From positions 352,001 through 416,000 of the forward strand of contig CAVXLD010000001.1 in the NCBI GenBank assembly GCA_963762565.1: a stretch of DNA of 64,000 nt, given 5' to 3'. Position 1 is the first letter of the stretch, and the number at the start of each line of letters is the position of its first letter. This DNA comes from an uncultured Verrucomicrobiae bacterium. Its GTDB lineage: Bacteria > Verrucomicrobiota > Verrucomicrobiia > Chthoniobacterales > JAFAMB01. Positions 1 through 11,050 of the stretch are shown piece by piece. The notes below the pieces were generated by a model. The model was not told the origin of the DNA. It did no database searches and saw only the letters and a program-made list of their open reading frames with translations. The translations under genes were made by a program, and so were the position numbers.

Positions 1-2
1 CA

Positions 3-416
3 TCGACCCGGACCTGCATGACTTGCCATTCCCAGATTTGGGCCCAGGCTCCGATCCTGGCCCCGGTTCGGGAGAGCTTAGCCGGGAGTCAGCCGATTCG
101 TTGGACCCGGGTGCATCAGCTGGCGGACTACGTGTACTTTGACCATAGCGTTCATGTGCGCAAAGGAGTTGGCTGTGTGAGTTGCCACGGTCCGGTCGAC
201 CAGATGCCAATCACTTGGAAAGAGCACACCTTGCAAATGGGCTGGTGTTTGGATTGTCACCGGCACACCGAGGCCGCTCTCAGACCACCCAGCGAAGTAT
301 TTAACCTGAATTGGAAACCGTCAGGTAATCAGAGTGCAGACGGACTGAAGCTAGCAAAGGAAGCCCGAATCAAGTCCGTCCAGGAGATTACCGATTGCAC
401 CACTTGCCACCGGTAA
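3..416 (+). CDS. actA: Alternative complex III multiheme cytochrome c subunit ActA (5'-truncated by window edge)
   Basis: Four CxxCH motifs (CMTCH, CVSCH, CLDCH, CTTCH) and the YFDHSVH motif; directly upstream of actB. Confidence 0.9.
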   Translation, partial: STRTCMTCHSQIWAQAPILAPVRESLAGSQPIRWTRVHQLADYVYFDHSVHVRKGVGCVSCHGPVDQMPITWKEHTLQMGWCLDCHRHTEAALRPPSEVFNLNWKPSGNQSADGLKLAKEARIKSVQEITDCTTCHR

Positions 417-418
417 TC

Positions 419-3400
419 ATGCGCCAAATTTTAAACGTTCATGGGGTTGATCGAACTCAATGGGGCAGTCTCGAAGAGTTAACCTCCGCTCCGGAATTCC
501 GAAGCTGGCTAGATCGAGAATTTTCAGAAGGAGCCTCGGAGTTCGCAGACCCACTGGCCAGACGCGAATTCATGAAGTTAATGGGAGCGAGTCTGGCTCT
601 GATGGGTTTCTCCGCCTGCCATAGGCCGCCCCAGCAGAAAATCGTGCCTTACCTTGAACAACCAGAATTTCTAGTCCCGGGCCGACCGCTATTCTTTGCC
701 ACGGCCATGCCGTTCAACGGTTCTGCGACTGGTATTCTCGTTGAAAGTAATGAAGGCCGTCCGACAAAAGTCGAAGGCAATTCCACTCACCCACTCAGCC
801 TCGGCGCCACCGGCATTTTCGAACAGGCTTCGATACTCGGTCTGTACGACCCGGATCGTTCGAAAACAATCTCTAATGATGGGCAGATCGAGACTTGGAA
901 CCGCCTGGTTTCAGCTTGGTTAACCGAGCAGGATCACCATCTAACTCAAGGAGGCCAAACGCTGCGCTTTTTGATTGATTCGATAACGTCACCGACGTTG
1001 AGCTGGCAGATCGCTCAACTGCAAAAGCGTTATCCCGCCGCGAAATGGTATCAATGGGAACCAATCTCTCGCGAGACCATCCTGGAGGCATACGGATCTA
1101 TCTTCGGTAAACCGGCTCAGCCGGAGTATGACCTTGGTGCTACGGATGTTATCGTCGCTTTCGATAGCGACTTCCTGTTCGACTCCCCATTTCGCCTGGC
1201 GTATACGCGAGCTTTTGCCGGCCGTCGCAACTATCGGCGGACCGATTTTTCAAATCCCAATTATCTTTACGTAGCGGAACCAAGCCCGACTATCACAGGC
1301 TCGATGGCCGAGATGCGCCTGCCAATGGCCGGATGGAAGATCAGTGGATTAGTGCAAGCACTCGCGAATCAGCTTAGCGCAAAGGAATCCAAGGCTGAAG
1401 TTGATGAGCCGGACGCCGTGGCCTGGATGCAGGAGTGTGTCGCCCGGTTACAAGCCAGTCGCGGACATTCCCTGGTAGTCGCCGGTTATCGTCAGCCGGC
1501 TCTGGTTCATCACTGGGTTCACGCGATTAATGTCGCGCTAGGAAATATCGGTAAAACGGTCAGCTATCGACAGGTCACTGGGATTTCTCTGGCATCGCCG
1601 TCCCAGGGTATCGCGAAACTCGCACAAGAGCTCGCCTCCGGGCAGGTAGAGACGTTGGTCATCCTGGGTGGAAATCCGGTGTTTGATGCGCCCGCTAACC
1701 TGGAATTCGAGAAGCTTCTATCCCGCGCCCGATTTTCCCTGCACCTCTCTTTGTACGATGATGAAACTTCAGCCGGCTGTCATTGGCATGTTCCGGAGAG
1801 CCATTTTTTAGAAAGCTGGAGCGACGCCGTTGCTAGCGATGGCAGCACTTCCATTATTCAGCCACTGATTGCTCCGCTTTATGGGGGTTATTCCCGGCAT
1901 CAGCTCTTGGCTCTCTTTCTGGGCCAGGTTTCTACCGAGGATCACGATATTGTTCGCGAATATTGGAAATCGAATGGAAATTGGGATGATTTCGAGAAGC
2001 AATGGCGGCAAGGATTGAGCGATGGGATTTTCCCGCTTAACTTAGCGCCAGTCCTCTCTAACACTTCGGGTAGCAATTCGCTGCAGCCCATCGCCCCGAT
2101 TTCCGAAGAAAGTCTCGAAATTGAGCTATCATTCCACCCGGATCCTACCTTGTGGGACGGACGCTTCGCAAATAACGGTTGGTTACAAGAGTTACCAAAA
2201 CCCTTCACTCGACTAACCTGGGAAAACCCGGCTCTGGTCAGCCCGGCACTGGCAAGGGAACTACAAGTTGTTAGCGGTGACATCGTCGAAATTCGCACCG
2301 ATACCGGTACTCTGGAGATTCCGATCTGGATTCTTCCCGGACAGGCAAAGCGGACAATTTCACTTTATCTCGGAGGAGGGCGCAGCCGAGCTGGGCATGT
2401 CGGCAACGGCGCAGGTTTCAACAGCTATCGGCTCCGAGATCTTCAATCCCTCTGGTTCGTTCGCAAAGCAACCGTTCTCAAAAAAGGCACCTTTCATCAG
2501 TTAGTCAGCACCCAGTTCCATCACGGGATGCAGGGAAGAGATCCGGTCAGAACTCGCACTTTCGAAGAGTTTAGGCAGCAGCAAATACCAAAGACGGAGC
2601 TCGCCGAGAAACCAGAACCAGACCAGACCCTGTACAATTTCGGCGAGATGCTGACCGCGGAGCACCAGTGGGGCATGGTGATCAACCTCAATACTTGCAT
2701 TGCCTGCAACGCCTGTGTCGTCGCCTGCCAGTCCGAGAACAATATTCCGGTGGTTGGCCGCGATCAGGTTTGGCATGGCCGCGAGATGCATTGGATTCGC
2801 ATCGATCATTACTACGAAGGTGAACCCGATTCCCCTAAGCTCTATCATCAACCCGTTCCTTGCATGCACTGCGAGACAGCACCCTGCGAGCTCGTCTGTC
2901 CAGTGGAAGCGACCCTGCACAGCGCGGAGGGCTTAAATCAGCAGATCTACAACCGTTGTATTGGTACCCGGTATTGTTCCAACAACTGTCCTTATAAAGT
3001 ACGCCGCTTCAACTTCCTCCAATTCGCAGATACCAAGACGCCTAGCCTCCAGTTGGGTTGGAATCCTCAGGTGACGGTACGGTCCCGTGGCGTCATGGAG
3101 AAATGCAGCTACTGTGTGCAACGGATTCGAGCCGTAGAAATCGACGCGGAAAAAGAAAATCGGCGAATTAAGGATGGCGAGATCATTCCGGCTTGCGCCC
3201 AAGTTTGTCCGGCCGAAGCCATTACCTTTGGCGACATTAAAGAGAAAGACAGCTTGGTAGCGGAACTGAAAAGGAGTCCGCTTAACTATGGTCTGCTCGA
3301 GGAGCTTAACACCCGACCAAGAACCACCTATCTGGCGAAAGTCGTACCCCTAGGTTCGCAAAAGCCGGGCGCAACTGATCAACCGCCGAATCAAGGATGA
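419..3400 (+). CDS. actB: ACIII subunit ActB (molybdopterin-oxidoreductase-like domain fused to Fe-S domain)
   Basis: Tat-like RREFMK motif followed by FSAC lipobox; C-terminal Fe-S motifs CIACNAC, CMHCETAPC, CIGTRYC, KCSYC; start taken at ATG 419. Confidence 0.92.
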   Translation: MRQILNVHGVDRTQWGSLEELTSAPEFRSWLDREFSEGASEFADPLARREFMKLMGASLALMGFSACHRPPQQKIVPYLEQPEFLVPGRPLFFATAMPFNGSATGILVESNEGRPTKVEGNSTHPLSLGATGIFEQASILGLYDPDRSKTISNDGQIETWNRLVSAWLTEQDHHLTQGGQTLRFLIDSITSPTLSWQIAQLQKRYPAAKWYQWEPISRETILEAYGSIFGKPAQPEYDLGATDVIVAFDSDFLFDSPFRLAYTRAFAGRRNYRRTDFSNPNYLYVAEPSPTITGSMAEMRLPMAGWKISGLVQALANQLSAKESKAEVDEPDAVAWMQECVARLQASRGHSLVVAGYRQPALVHHWVHAINVALGNIGKTVSYRQVTGISLASPSQGIAKLAQELASGQVETLVILGGNPVFDAPANLEFEKLLSRARFSLHLSLYDDETSAGCHWHVPESHFLESWSDAVASDGSTSIIQPLIAPLYGGYSRHQLLALFLGQVSTEDHDIVREYWKSNGNWDDFEKQWRQGLSDGIFPLNLAPVLSNTSGSNSLQPIAPISEESLEIELSFHPDPTLWDGRFANNGWLQELPKPFTRLTWENPALVSPALARELQVVSGDIVEIRTDTGTLEIPIWILPGQAKRTISLYLGGGRSRAGHVGNGAGFNSYRLRDLQSLWFVRKATVLKKGTFHQLVSTQFHHGMQGRDPVRTRTFEEFRQQQIPKTELAEKPEPDQTLYNFGEMLTAEHQWGMVINLNTCIACNACVVACQSENNIPVVGRDQVWHGREMHWIRIDHYYEGEPDSPKLYHQPVPCMHCETAPCELVCPVEATLHSAEGLNQQIYNRCIGTRYCSNNCPYKVRRFNFLQFADTKTPSLQLGWNPQVTVRSRGVMEKCSYCVQRIRAVEIDAEKENRRIKDGEIIPACAQVCPAEAITFGDIKEKDSLVAELKRSPLNYGLLEELNTRPRTTYLAKVVPLGSQKPGATDQPPNQG

Positions 3401-3406
3401 TTCGAT

Positions 3407-4798
3407 ATGCCCGACCAGAGACTAACAGAGGACGAATCAATTGAATCTTCCGGATCACCTCGTTTGTTAGTCGGTCCTGCAGAAACCTTTGAGTCCGTTA
3501 GTTCAAAAATCGGCGGGATTGTTCTGGAACGAAAGCATCCTCCGTTTTGGTGGGTTAGCTTTGCTATCGCGTTCCTTTTGTTGATGGGCCTGCTTTACGG
3601 CGTCACCGTCCTTTTTACGGTCGGCGTCGGTATCTGGGGCATCAACATCCCGGTGGCTTGGGGTTTTGCCATCGTCAATTTTGTTTGGTGGATTGGAATC
3701 GGACACGCAGGCACGTTGATCTCTGCCATTCTGCTCCTACTACTCCAAAAATGGCGCAATTCGATTAATCGCCTATCCGAAGCAATGACGCTCTTTGCGG
3801 TCGCTTGCGCGGGTATGTTCCCGCTGCTTCATCTCGGCCGGCCATGGGCGTTCTTTTGGATTCTGCCCTATCCAAACACCATGGGACTATGGCCACAGTT
3901 CCGAAGCGCGTTAGTCTGGGATGTTTTCGCGGTGGGAACCTATTTCACGGTTTCGTTAGTTTTCTGGTATACCGGATTGGTTCCGGATCTTGCCACGATG
4001 CGGGACCGAGCCCGGACGCGTTTCTCGAGAATCGTTTTTGGATTTCTTGCCCTGGGTTGGCGCGGGTCTGCCATTCACTGGAAGAACTATCAAACCGTTT
4101 ACCTCATATTAGCCGGACTTTCGACTCCCCTTGTCCTCTCTGTGCACAGTGTGGTGAGTTTCGATTTTTCAACCGCCATCCTGCCGGGTTGGCATACTAC
4201 GATCTTCCCGCCTTTCTTCGTGGCCGGCGCCGTGTATTCGGGTTTTGCGATGGTTCTCAATATCCTTATCCCGCTTCGCTACGTGTATGGACTGCAATCC
4301 CTGGTGACACCGCGTCACTTGAATTGTATGGCGAACGTCATGCTCACAACCGGCTTGATGGTCGGCTATGGGTATATCATGGAGACTTTCACCGCCTGGT
4401 ATAGCGGTGACATCTTTGAGCAGTACCTCATTATTAACCGCGCCTTTGGGCCATACGGGCCGATCTATTGGGCATTAATTCTGTTTAATATCGCCCTCCC
4501 CCAGTTGCTCTGGTTCCGGCGTATCCGAACGAACCCAATCTCTCTCTTTTTCGTTGCCCTGAGCGTCAATATCGGCATGTGGCTCGAGCGATTTGTGATC
4601 GTTATCGTCAGTCTCCATCGGGATTTTCTGCCTTCCAGTTGGGGAATCTTTGCTCCTACCGGGTGGGACTGGCTGATCCTCTTTGGCTCCGTTGGTTTAT
4701 TCGCTTCTTTAATTTTTTTGTTCGTTCGGTTTCTTCCGATGATCTCGATTTTTGAGGTGCGAGAGATTATCGCAGAACGCCAGAAGGAGACCGCATGA
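3407..4798 (+). CDS. actC: ACIII subunit ActC (NrfD/PsrC-type quinol-binding membrane protein)
   Basis: WWIGIGHAGTLISA and HLGRPW motifs, multiple TM helices. Confidence 0.92.
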   Translation: MPDQRLTEDESIESSGSPRLLVGPAETFESVSSKIGGIVLERKHPPFWWVSFAIAFLLLMGLLYGVTVLFTVGVGIWGINIPVAWGFAIVNFVWWIGIGHAGTLISAILLLLLQKWRNSINRLSEAMTLFAVACAGMFPLLHLGRPWAFFWILPYPNTMGLWPQFRSALVWDVFAVGTYFTVSLVFWYTGLVPDLATMRDRARTRFSRIVFGFLALGWRGSAIHWKNYQTVYLILAGLSTPLVLSVHSVVSFDFSTAILPGWHTTIFPPFFVAGAVYSGFAMVLNILIPLRYVYGLQSLVTPRHLNCMANVMLTTGLMVGYGYIMETFTAWYSGDIFEQYLIINRAFGPYGPIYWALILFNIALPQLLWFRRIRTNPISLFFVALSVNIGMWLERFVIVIVSLHRDFLPSSWGIFAPTGWDWLILFGSVGLFASLIFLFVRFLPMISIFEVREIIAERQKETA

Positions 4799-5337
4799 GT
4801 GCAGCAGCTCGTCTATACGGTCTTACCGCTCAGTTCGATTCGGCCGAAGAACTAACGGAGGCAGCGCGGACGATGTTTAACGCGGGGTTCCGGCGAATCG
4901 ATGCGTTTACGCCCTATCCGATCGAAGGCCTAGCCGAAATCATCGGTCACAAGAAATCCGCAGCCCCCCTGATCATGTTGATTGGCGGAATAATTGGCGC
5001 CGTGACCGCATACGGCATGGAGCTCTATGCCATGGGATATTTCTATCCGCTCAATATCGGCGGCCGGCCCTTAAACAGCTGGCCTTTATATATACCGATC
5101 ACCTTCGAACTCACCGTTCTTTTCTCCGCCCTTTCCGGATTCGCCGGACTCCTTTTTTTAAATCGGCTGCCTTGTCTCTATCATCCGCTGTTTAGTGTTC
5201 CAGGATTCGAGCGAGCCAGCACGGAACACTTCTTCCTTTGGATCGAAGCGACCGATCCTCGCTTTGAGGAACGTCAGGTCCGGGAGCTTCTCGACCGGCT
5301 GGCGGCCAGAGCGATTTGCGAGGTGCGCGGCAAATGA
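4795..5337 (+). CDS. actD: ACIII subunit ActD (DUF3341)
   Basis: DAFTPYPIEG, NIGGRP and PITFELTVLF motifs; ATGA coupling to actC. Confidence 0.88.
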   Translation: MSAAARLYGLTAQFDSAEELTEAARTMFNAGFRRIDAFTPYPIEGLAEIIGHKKSAAPLIMLIGGIIGAVTAYGMELYAMGYFYPLNIGGRPLNSWPLYIPITFELTVLFSALSGFAGLLFLNRLPCLYHPLFSVPGFERASTEHFFLWIEATDPRFEERQVRELLDRLAARAICEVRGK

Positions 5338-5900
5338 AAACGAGCGGATTCATTTGCTTGTTGTTCGCGATGGCTGCCGTGGGCTGCCGAGAAGAAATGC
5401 GGAACGATTCGCGCCTGAAACCGTTACAAGAAGATCCCTTCTTTGCCGACCGTAGCTCCTCTCGTCCACTGGTACCAGATACGGTCCCTCGCGGAGCAGC
5501 TGACAATGACGACTTCTTTTACCGTGGTGAGGTCAATGGCAAATTGGTACGGGGGGTTCCGGTTCCCGTCACCAAGGATCAACTCGATCGAGGCCGAGAT
5601 CGATTCAATATCTACTGTTCGGTTTGTCACGGCCCCACAGGCGAAGGCGATGGCATGATCGTCCAGCGCGGCTTTCCTCAGCCCCCTTCGTTTCATGAGC
5701 AACGTCTACGGGACGCTCCGGAGGGCCACTTCTTTTATGTTATCAGCCATGGCTACGGCGTCATGTACTCATACAGCGATCGTTTAACGCCGGCGGATCG
5801 TTGGGCGGTGATCGCGTACATCCGAGCGCTGCAGCTCTCGCGAAACTCAACGATCAACGATGTGCCGCCTGAGCAAAAAGCTCGGCTGATGGGGCCCTGA
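5334..5900 (+). CDS. actE: ACIII monoheme cytochrome c lipoprotein ActE
   Basis: Lipobox AVGC, single CSVCH, GYGVM distal Met; ATGA overlap at 5334. Confidence 0.88.
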   Translation: MKTSGFICLLFAMAAVGCREEMRNDSRLKPLQEDPFFADRSSSRPLVPDTVPRGAADNDDFFYRGEVNGKLVRGVPVPVTKDQLDRGRDRFNIYCSVCHGPTGEGDGMIVQRGFPQPPSFHEQRLRDAPEGHFFYVISHGYGVMYSYSDRLTPADRWAVIAYIRALQLSRNSTINDVPPEQKARLMGP

Positions 5901-5902
5901 CA

Positions 5903-7036
5903 ATGGAGAGCGTCGCTTCCAGACTGGCCGCAGCGCAAAAATTCGGTGTGCTCCTTTTTTGCATCGGCCTCCTGGTAGTAGGAGCCAGTTTGTTCCTGGC
6001 GCCAACTCACGCTTTTCCCTCCTATTTGATCGGGTTTCTCTTTTGGATGGGACTCACCCTGGGATGCTTCCCGATTCTGATGATCTATCATCTCGTCGGC
6101 GGAATTTGGGCGGTTCCGGTCCGAAAGTTTTTGGAGGCGGGGATAAGTACCCTGCCCCTGATGGCGTTCTTGCTAATCCCGCTCCTATTCGGCTTCGGTT
6201 ACTTGTATCGTTGGACTCAACCGGCGGGATTGCGGACCGATCTCTTGCTTGAGCACAAGGCCGTTTACCTCAACCCCCCGGCCTTTCTCGTACGAGCCTG
6301 TCTATTCTTCTGTATCTGGGAAACCTTATCGTTTCTTTTATTGCGTTGGTCCCGACGCCTGGTTGCAACGGCTGAGCCAACCGTCGCTCTAACTCTCCGA
6401 AAAATCAGTGCTCCCGGGCTCATTCTATTCGCACTAGCAACATCCTTCTCGGCGGTCGATTGGGTGATGTCACTAGAGCCCGACTGGTATTCCAGCATAT
6501 TTCCTCTGATCATCATCATGGGACAAATCCTCTCGGCGCTGGCATTAAGCGTCGTTCTTTCGAGAGTGCTGTTAACTTCCGGGGAGGAGGCAACGCCGGA
6601 TCAGCTGAACCAACTCGGCGATTTGCTCTTAGCGTTTGTCATGCTGTGGGCCTACATGAGCATCTCGCAAATCATTATTATCTACGCAGGGAACCTACCT
6701 CACGAGGTCAGTTGGTATCTGCACCGGATGCGCGGCGGATGGCTTGCTTTGAGCTGGATCATCGCTCTCTTTGCCTTTGGCGTTCCCTTCTTTCTTTTGC
6801 TCTTTCGCCAATTAAAACGAGCGCCGGTCTGGCTCTGTAGCATCGCCGGCAGCCTGCTGATTATGCACGCGGTTTGTGTGTTCTGGTATGTTGCCCCGAC
6901 TTTCCGCACCTCAATCTCGCTAGACTGGTGCGATCCCTTTGCCTTCTGCGGGATTGGGGGAGCCTGGGTCGTCGTTTTTTGTCGCCGATTAACCCGTGAC
7001 CCCTGGTCAAAAGAGCCGAAGGAACAATCCGCCTAA
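5903..7036 (+). CDS. actF: ACIII membrane subunit ActF
   Basis: Polytopic membrane protein with DWVMSLEPDWYSSIF motif; operon position. Confidence 0.85.
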   Translation: MESVASRLAAAQKFGVLLFCIGLLVVGASLFLAPTHAFPSYLIGFLFWMGLTLGCFPILMIYHLVGGIWAVPVRKFLEAGISTLPLMAFLLIPLLFGFGYLYRWTQPAGLRTDLLLEHKAVYLNPPAFLVRACLFFCIWETLSFLLLRWSRRLVATAEPTVALTLRKISAPGLILFALATSFSAVDWVMSLEPDWYSSIFPLIIIMGQILSALALSVVLSRVLLTSGEEATPDQLNQLGDLLLAFVMLWAYMSISQIIIIYAGNLPHEVSWYLHRMRGGWLALSWIIALFAFGVPFFLLLFRQLKRAPVWLCSIAGSLLIMHAVCVFWYVAPTFRTSISLDWCDPFAFCGIGGAWVVVFCRRLTRDPWSKEPKEQSA

Positions 7037-7048
7037 TCGAAACCTCTT

Positions 7049-7525
7049 ATGCCGCCCAACGGATCCGCCGAAGTCGCCAAGAAAGGCTACGAGACGAGCG
7101 ATGTCTCGTTTCGTCCGTGGGCGTGGTTTGTGGCCGTTTTCATCGTGACCATGGTCGTCATCTACCTGGCCGTGCTCGGTTTCATGCAAATTCTAGCGGG
7201 TCCGAATAAGGTTCTTGGTCGAACAGAACATCCGGCGGATCAGAGTCTAAGCCAATTCCCGCAACCGCGGCTTCAAACCGATCCCGCGAGCGATCTTAAG
7301 AGTTACCTAAAGCAGAAAGAAACGGAGTTAACGACCTACGGTTGGATCGACCGGAAAGCCGGTATCGTTCGGATTCCAATCGATCAGGCGATGAATACTT
7401 TTGTCAGTCGAGGCTTTCCAGTGCGGCCGGCGGACAGCGGCTTGACGGAACTCGACATTCAAATTCAAAAAGCCGGAGGCGCTAAGATCCTACCGCCTGC
7501 CGCCAGCCAGCGACAAAGCCCATGA
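7049..7525 (+). CDS. actG: ActG-like single-TM accessory subunit
   Basis: One TM helix and YGW...IPIDQAM...RGFPVR C-terminal motif resembling ActG; located between actF and SCO. Confidence 0.6.
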   Translation: MPPNGSAEVAKKGYETSDVSFRPWAWFVAVFIVTMVVIYLAVLGFMQILAGPNKVLGRTEHPADQSLSQFPQPRLQTDPASDLKSYLKQKETELTTYGWIDRKAGIVRIPIDQAMNTFVSRGFPVRPADSGLTELDIQIQKAGGAKILPPAASQRQSP

Positions 7526-8334
7526 ACCCAAGAATTTTAGCCGCAGCTCTGATTCTTGGAAGCGGCGGGATCGACAACGGTTTTGCCCAGGTGAGTGACC
7601 CTAACACTGACCCGAACCGCGATATCAAATTTGAACAACGCGTTGGTCAGATGGTCAGCGCAGACATCGACTTTACCAACGAGTCGGGCCGGCGCGCCGT
7701 GCTCGGAAACTATTTTCACCAACGCCCAATTGTTTTAGCCTTGGGCTACTATGAATGCCCGATGCTGTGCGGGGTCGTCCTAAACGCGCTCGTTCAGAGT
7801 TTGGAAGACTTACCGCCTACTTTGGCAAAGCGGGATTTTAACTTTCTCTTTGTCAGCATTGATCCCCGCGAAACGAGTGCCTTGGCCAAAGGCAAGCTCG
7901 AAGACTATCTTCGGCGTTACGGTTGGGCGCCTGCGGCTGAGCGCTGGCATTTTCTAACCGGTTCGGAGGCGTCCATTGGCCGTCTCGCCGCACAAGTTGG
8001 CTTTCATTACCGTTATGATGCCGTCTCGAAGCAATATGTTCATCCAAGCGGCCTCGTGGTCCTAACCCCTTCGGGTAGGATTTCGAGTTATCTGCTCGGG
8101 ATTGAATACCCCGCGAAAACCATCGATCACGCGATCACCCTCGCCCGCGACGAACGTGCTACCGCGCCGGCGGCAGCCTTTACCTTGCTCTGCTTTTCCC
8201 AGAATTTCGCTCCGGGAACGGTCGCATTTATCGTGCTAATGGTGCTACGCGTGGGGGCCGTCCTGACCCTGATGGGTCTGGCCATCATCATCTACCGCGC
8301 GAGCCGAGGGGCGAAGAGGAAAACCGTCCCATGA
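7522..8334 (+). CDS. SCO1/SenC copper chaperone
   Basis: CPMLC (CxxxC) plus downstream His (YVHPSG); upstream of oxidase subunit II. Confidence 0.88.
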   Translation: MNPRILAAALILGSGGIDNGFAQVSDPNTDPNRDIKFEQRVGQMVSADIDFTNESGRRAVLGNYFHQRPIVLALGYYECPMLCGVVLNALVQSLEDLPPTLAKRDFNFLFVSIDPRETSALAKGKLEDYLRRYGWAPAAERWHFLTGSEASIGRLAAQVGFHYRYDAVSKQYVHPSGLVVLTPSGRISSYLLGIEYPAKTIDHAITLARDERATAPAAAFTLLCFSQNFAPGTVAFIVLMVLRVGAVLTLMGLAIIIYRASRGAKRKTVP

Positions 8335-9305
8335 CACGGCTGGTCGTGATTGCTCAGATTCAGTTCTTCCCCAGCCAAGCCTCAAGATTGGCGAGCCAGG
8401 TGGATCTACTTGTCCTTTGTCTTCTGTTGGTGACCGGCGGCGTAGCCCTGGCGATCGCGGTTGTGACCGTTTTCTTTCTAATAAAATATCGCCGGCGGGC
8501 ATTCGCAGATCGAACGCCGCTGAAAGATTCCAGTTGGGCGGTCGAGGTGACTTGGAGTGTGATTCCATTTTTTATTTTCGTGGGTCTCTTCGGCTGGGGA
8601 GCGAAGATTTATTTTAATGAATCCCTCGACCCCCGAAACGCCATAGAGGTTCACGTCATCGGGAAACAGTGGATGTGGAAACTCGAGCATCTGCAGGGGA
8701 AGCGAGAAATCAACGAGCTCCATGTTCCGATCGGCCAAACCATTAAACTGGTGATGACCTCCCAGGATGTCATCCACAGCTTTTTCATGCCGAGTTTTCG
8801 CATCAAAGAAGATGTCCTGCCCGGGCGCTACACTACTCAGTGGTTTAAACCGACGGAGCTGGGAACCTATCCCATTTTCTGTTCCCAGTATTGCGGGACC
8901 AATCACGCCTTAATGATCGGGCAAGTCGTAGTAATGAACCCGGCCGATTTTGCCGCCTGGCTTAGCACCGGCCGGGAGACGCTATCTGTGGCGCAAACCG
9001 GAGAGCAGCTCTTTCATTCCTTTGGCTGCAGTGGTTGCCATTCGGCTCAGGCCGCCGTTCGCGCCCCTCTCTTGGAAGGTGTCTACGGCTCGCAAGTCCC
9101 TTTGCAGGACGGCCGCATCGTCAATGCCGATGACCACTATATCCGTGACTGCATCCTGGTCCCCAATACGCAAATCGTGGCGGGCTTCGATCCCGTGATG
9201 CCGAGCTTCCAAGGCCGTCTGTCGGAGGACGATCTCTTTGCTTTAATCACCTATATCAAAAGCATCGGCTCATCACGGCCGGCGTTAACCAGCCCCACCC
9301 CTTAA
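8331..9305 (+). CDS. coxB: Cytochrome c oxidase subunit II with fused C-terminal cytochrome c (caa3 type)
   Basis: CuA ligands DVIHSF and CSQYCGTNHALM; C-terminal CSGCH...MP. Confidence 0.93.
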   Translation: MTRLVVIAQIQFFPSQASRLASQVDLLVLCLLLVTGGVALAIAVVTVFFLIKYRRRAFADRTPLKDSSWAVEVTWSVIPFFIFVGLFGWGAKIYFNESLDPRNAIEVHVIGKQWMWKLEHLQGKREINELHVPIGQTIKLVMTSQDVIHSFFMPSFRIKEDVLPGRYTTQWFKPTELGTYPIFCSQYCGTNHALMIGQVVVMNPADFAAWLSTGRETLSVAQTGEQLFHSFGCSGCHSAQAAVRAPLLEGVYGSQVPLQDGRIVNADDHYIRDCILVPNTQIVAGFDPVMPSFQGRLSEDDLFALITYIKSIGSSRPALTSPTP

Positions 9306-9403
9306 GACTCGAGCTTTTAACAATGGACACTCAACGACTACTCACTAACGCCGCCGGATCAAGTCACCGGCGTCGCCCGAAGCTGTCTTAGCCGCCACGC
9401 GTT

Positions 9404-11050
9404 ATGCCGTCTGTCCTTCAAAGTGTAAATCTGAGCGACCTTGAAAATCCGCCGTCCTATCTTAGCGAGCAAACGCTCAAGTCTTGGCTGTTAACGACAG
9501 ATCATAAGCGGATCGGGCTGCTTTACCTTTTCACGATTATTCTTTTTTTTGCGATCGCAGCAGTAGCAGCAGCGATCATGCGGCTGAATCTATTAACTCC
9601 GCGCGGTGATCTGGTCCAGGCGGAAACTTATAATAAGCTGTTTACCCTTCACGGTGTATTGATGGTCTGGTTTTTTCTCATTCCGTCGATCCCAAGCGTG
9701 CTCGGAAATTTTCTAGTTCCGCTGATGCTCGGAGCCAAAGATTTAGCCTTTCCCAAATTAAATTTGTTAAGCTGGTACATCTTTATTGCCGGCGGCGGGA
9801 TCGCTCTCTATGCACTCTTAGCCGGCGGTGTTGATACCGGTTGGACCTTTTATACTCCCTATAGCAGCACCTATTCGAATTCTCATGTCGCCCTTATGGC
9901 GGCCGGGATTTTCATCAATGGGTTTTCCTCGATCTTAACCGGTCTCAACTTCATTGTTACGACGCATAAACTGCGGGCGCCCGGCCTGACCTGGTTCCGG
10001 CTTCGGCTTTTTATCTGGTCAATGTACGCTACGAGCCTGATCATGGTCTTGGCGACGCCGGTCTTGGCCATGACTTTGACCTTGATGGCGTTAGAACGGA
10101 TCTGGCACGTCGGCGTTTTTGATCCTGCGCTGGGCGGCGATCCCCTTCTATTCCAACACTTGTTCTGGTTCTATTCGCATCCCGCCGTCTACATTATGAT
10201 TCTGCCCGGGATGGGTGTGGTGAGCGAGCTCATCTGCGCATTTTCTCGGAAACGCGTGTTTGGTTACCACTTCGTGGCGTTCTCCAGCCTGGCCATCGCG
10301 CTACTCGGTTTTCTTGTCTGGGGACATCACATGTTTGTGAGCAGTCAATCCGTCTTTGCCGGGATGATCTTTTCATTCTTAAGTTTTCTGGTGGCCGTCC
10401 CTTCGGCAATAAAGGTATTTAATTGGACTGCCACCCTCTACCGCGGGTCGATCGCGTTGGATACACCCATGCTGTATGCGATCGGGTTTGTGGGTCTCTT
10501 CACGATTGGCGGCATGACCGGCCTATTCTTGGCGACACTTGGCGTCGATGTTCACGTTCACGATACCTATTTTGTCATCGCCCATTTCCACTACATCATG
10601 GTCGGCGGAATGGTGATGGCCTTCATGGGCGGTCTCCATTTCTGGTGGCCGAAGATTTCCGGGCGAATGTATCCGGAATTACTCGGAAAAATGACGGCCC
10701 TCATCACTTTCCTGGGATTCAATCTCACTTTCTTTCCTCAATTCGTTCTGGGCTACCTAGGTATGCCGCGCCGTTACCATGCGTACCCCGAACAGTTTCA
10801 GGTCTATAACGTGCTTTCCACCGCCGGAGCTTCTATTCTCGGCTTAGGTTATCTGTTGCCGCTCTGTTATTTCCTATGGTCCTGCAGGTACGGCAAACAA
10901 GCAGGAAACAACCCCTGGGGAGCCAAAGGGTTCGAATGGGAAACCACTTCTCCGCCGCCGGTCGAAAATTTTGAAACACCGCCAGTGCAAACCGAGGAGG
11001 TCTATGCTTATCCTCCCCCAAGTTCTCAACCGGTCATAGAAACGCTATGA
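9404..11050 (+). CDS. coxA: Cytochrome c oxidase subunit I, A2-type
   Basis: WFYSHPAVY (YS motif of A2 family), WGHHMF, HFHY. Confidence 0.96.
   Translation: MPSVLQSVNLSDLENPPSYLSEQTLKSWLLTTDHKRIGLLYLFTIILFFAIAAVAAAIMRLNLLTPRGDLVQAETYNKLFTLHGVLMVWFFLIPSIPSVLGNFLVPLMLGAKDLAFPKLNLLSWYIFIAGGGIALYALLAGGVDTGWTFYTPYSSTYSNSHVALMAAGIFINGFSSILTGLNFIVTTHKLRAPGLTWFRLRLFIWSMYATSLIMVLATPVLAMTLTLMALERIWHVGVFDPALGGDPLLFQHLFWFYSHPAVYIMILPGMGVVSELICAFSRKRVFGYHFVAFSSLAIALLGFLVWGHHMFVSSQSVFAGMIFSFLSFLVAVPSAIKVFNWTATLYRGSIALDTPMLYAIGFVGLFTIGGMTGLFLATLGVDVHVHDTYFVIAHFHYIMVGGMVMAFMGGLHFWWPKISGRMYPELLGKMTALITFLGFNLTFFPQFVLGYLGMPRRYHAYPEQFQVYNVLSTAGASILGLGYLLPLCYFLWSCRYGKQAGNNPWGAKGFEWETTSPPPVENFETPPVQTEEVYAYPPPSSQPVIETL

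Noticed and set aside
9323..9391. 22-codon ORF between coxB and coxA
   Set aside because: No clear RBS or membrane-subunit character
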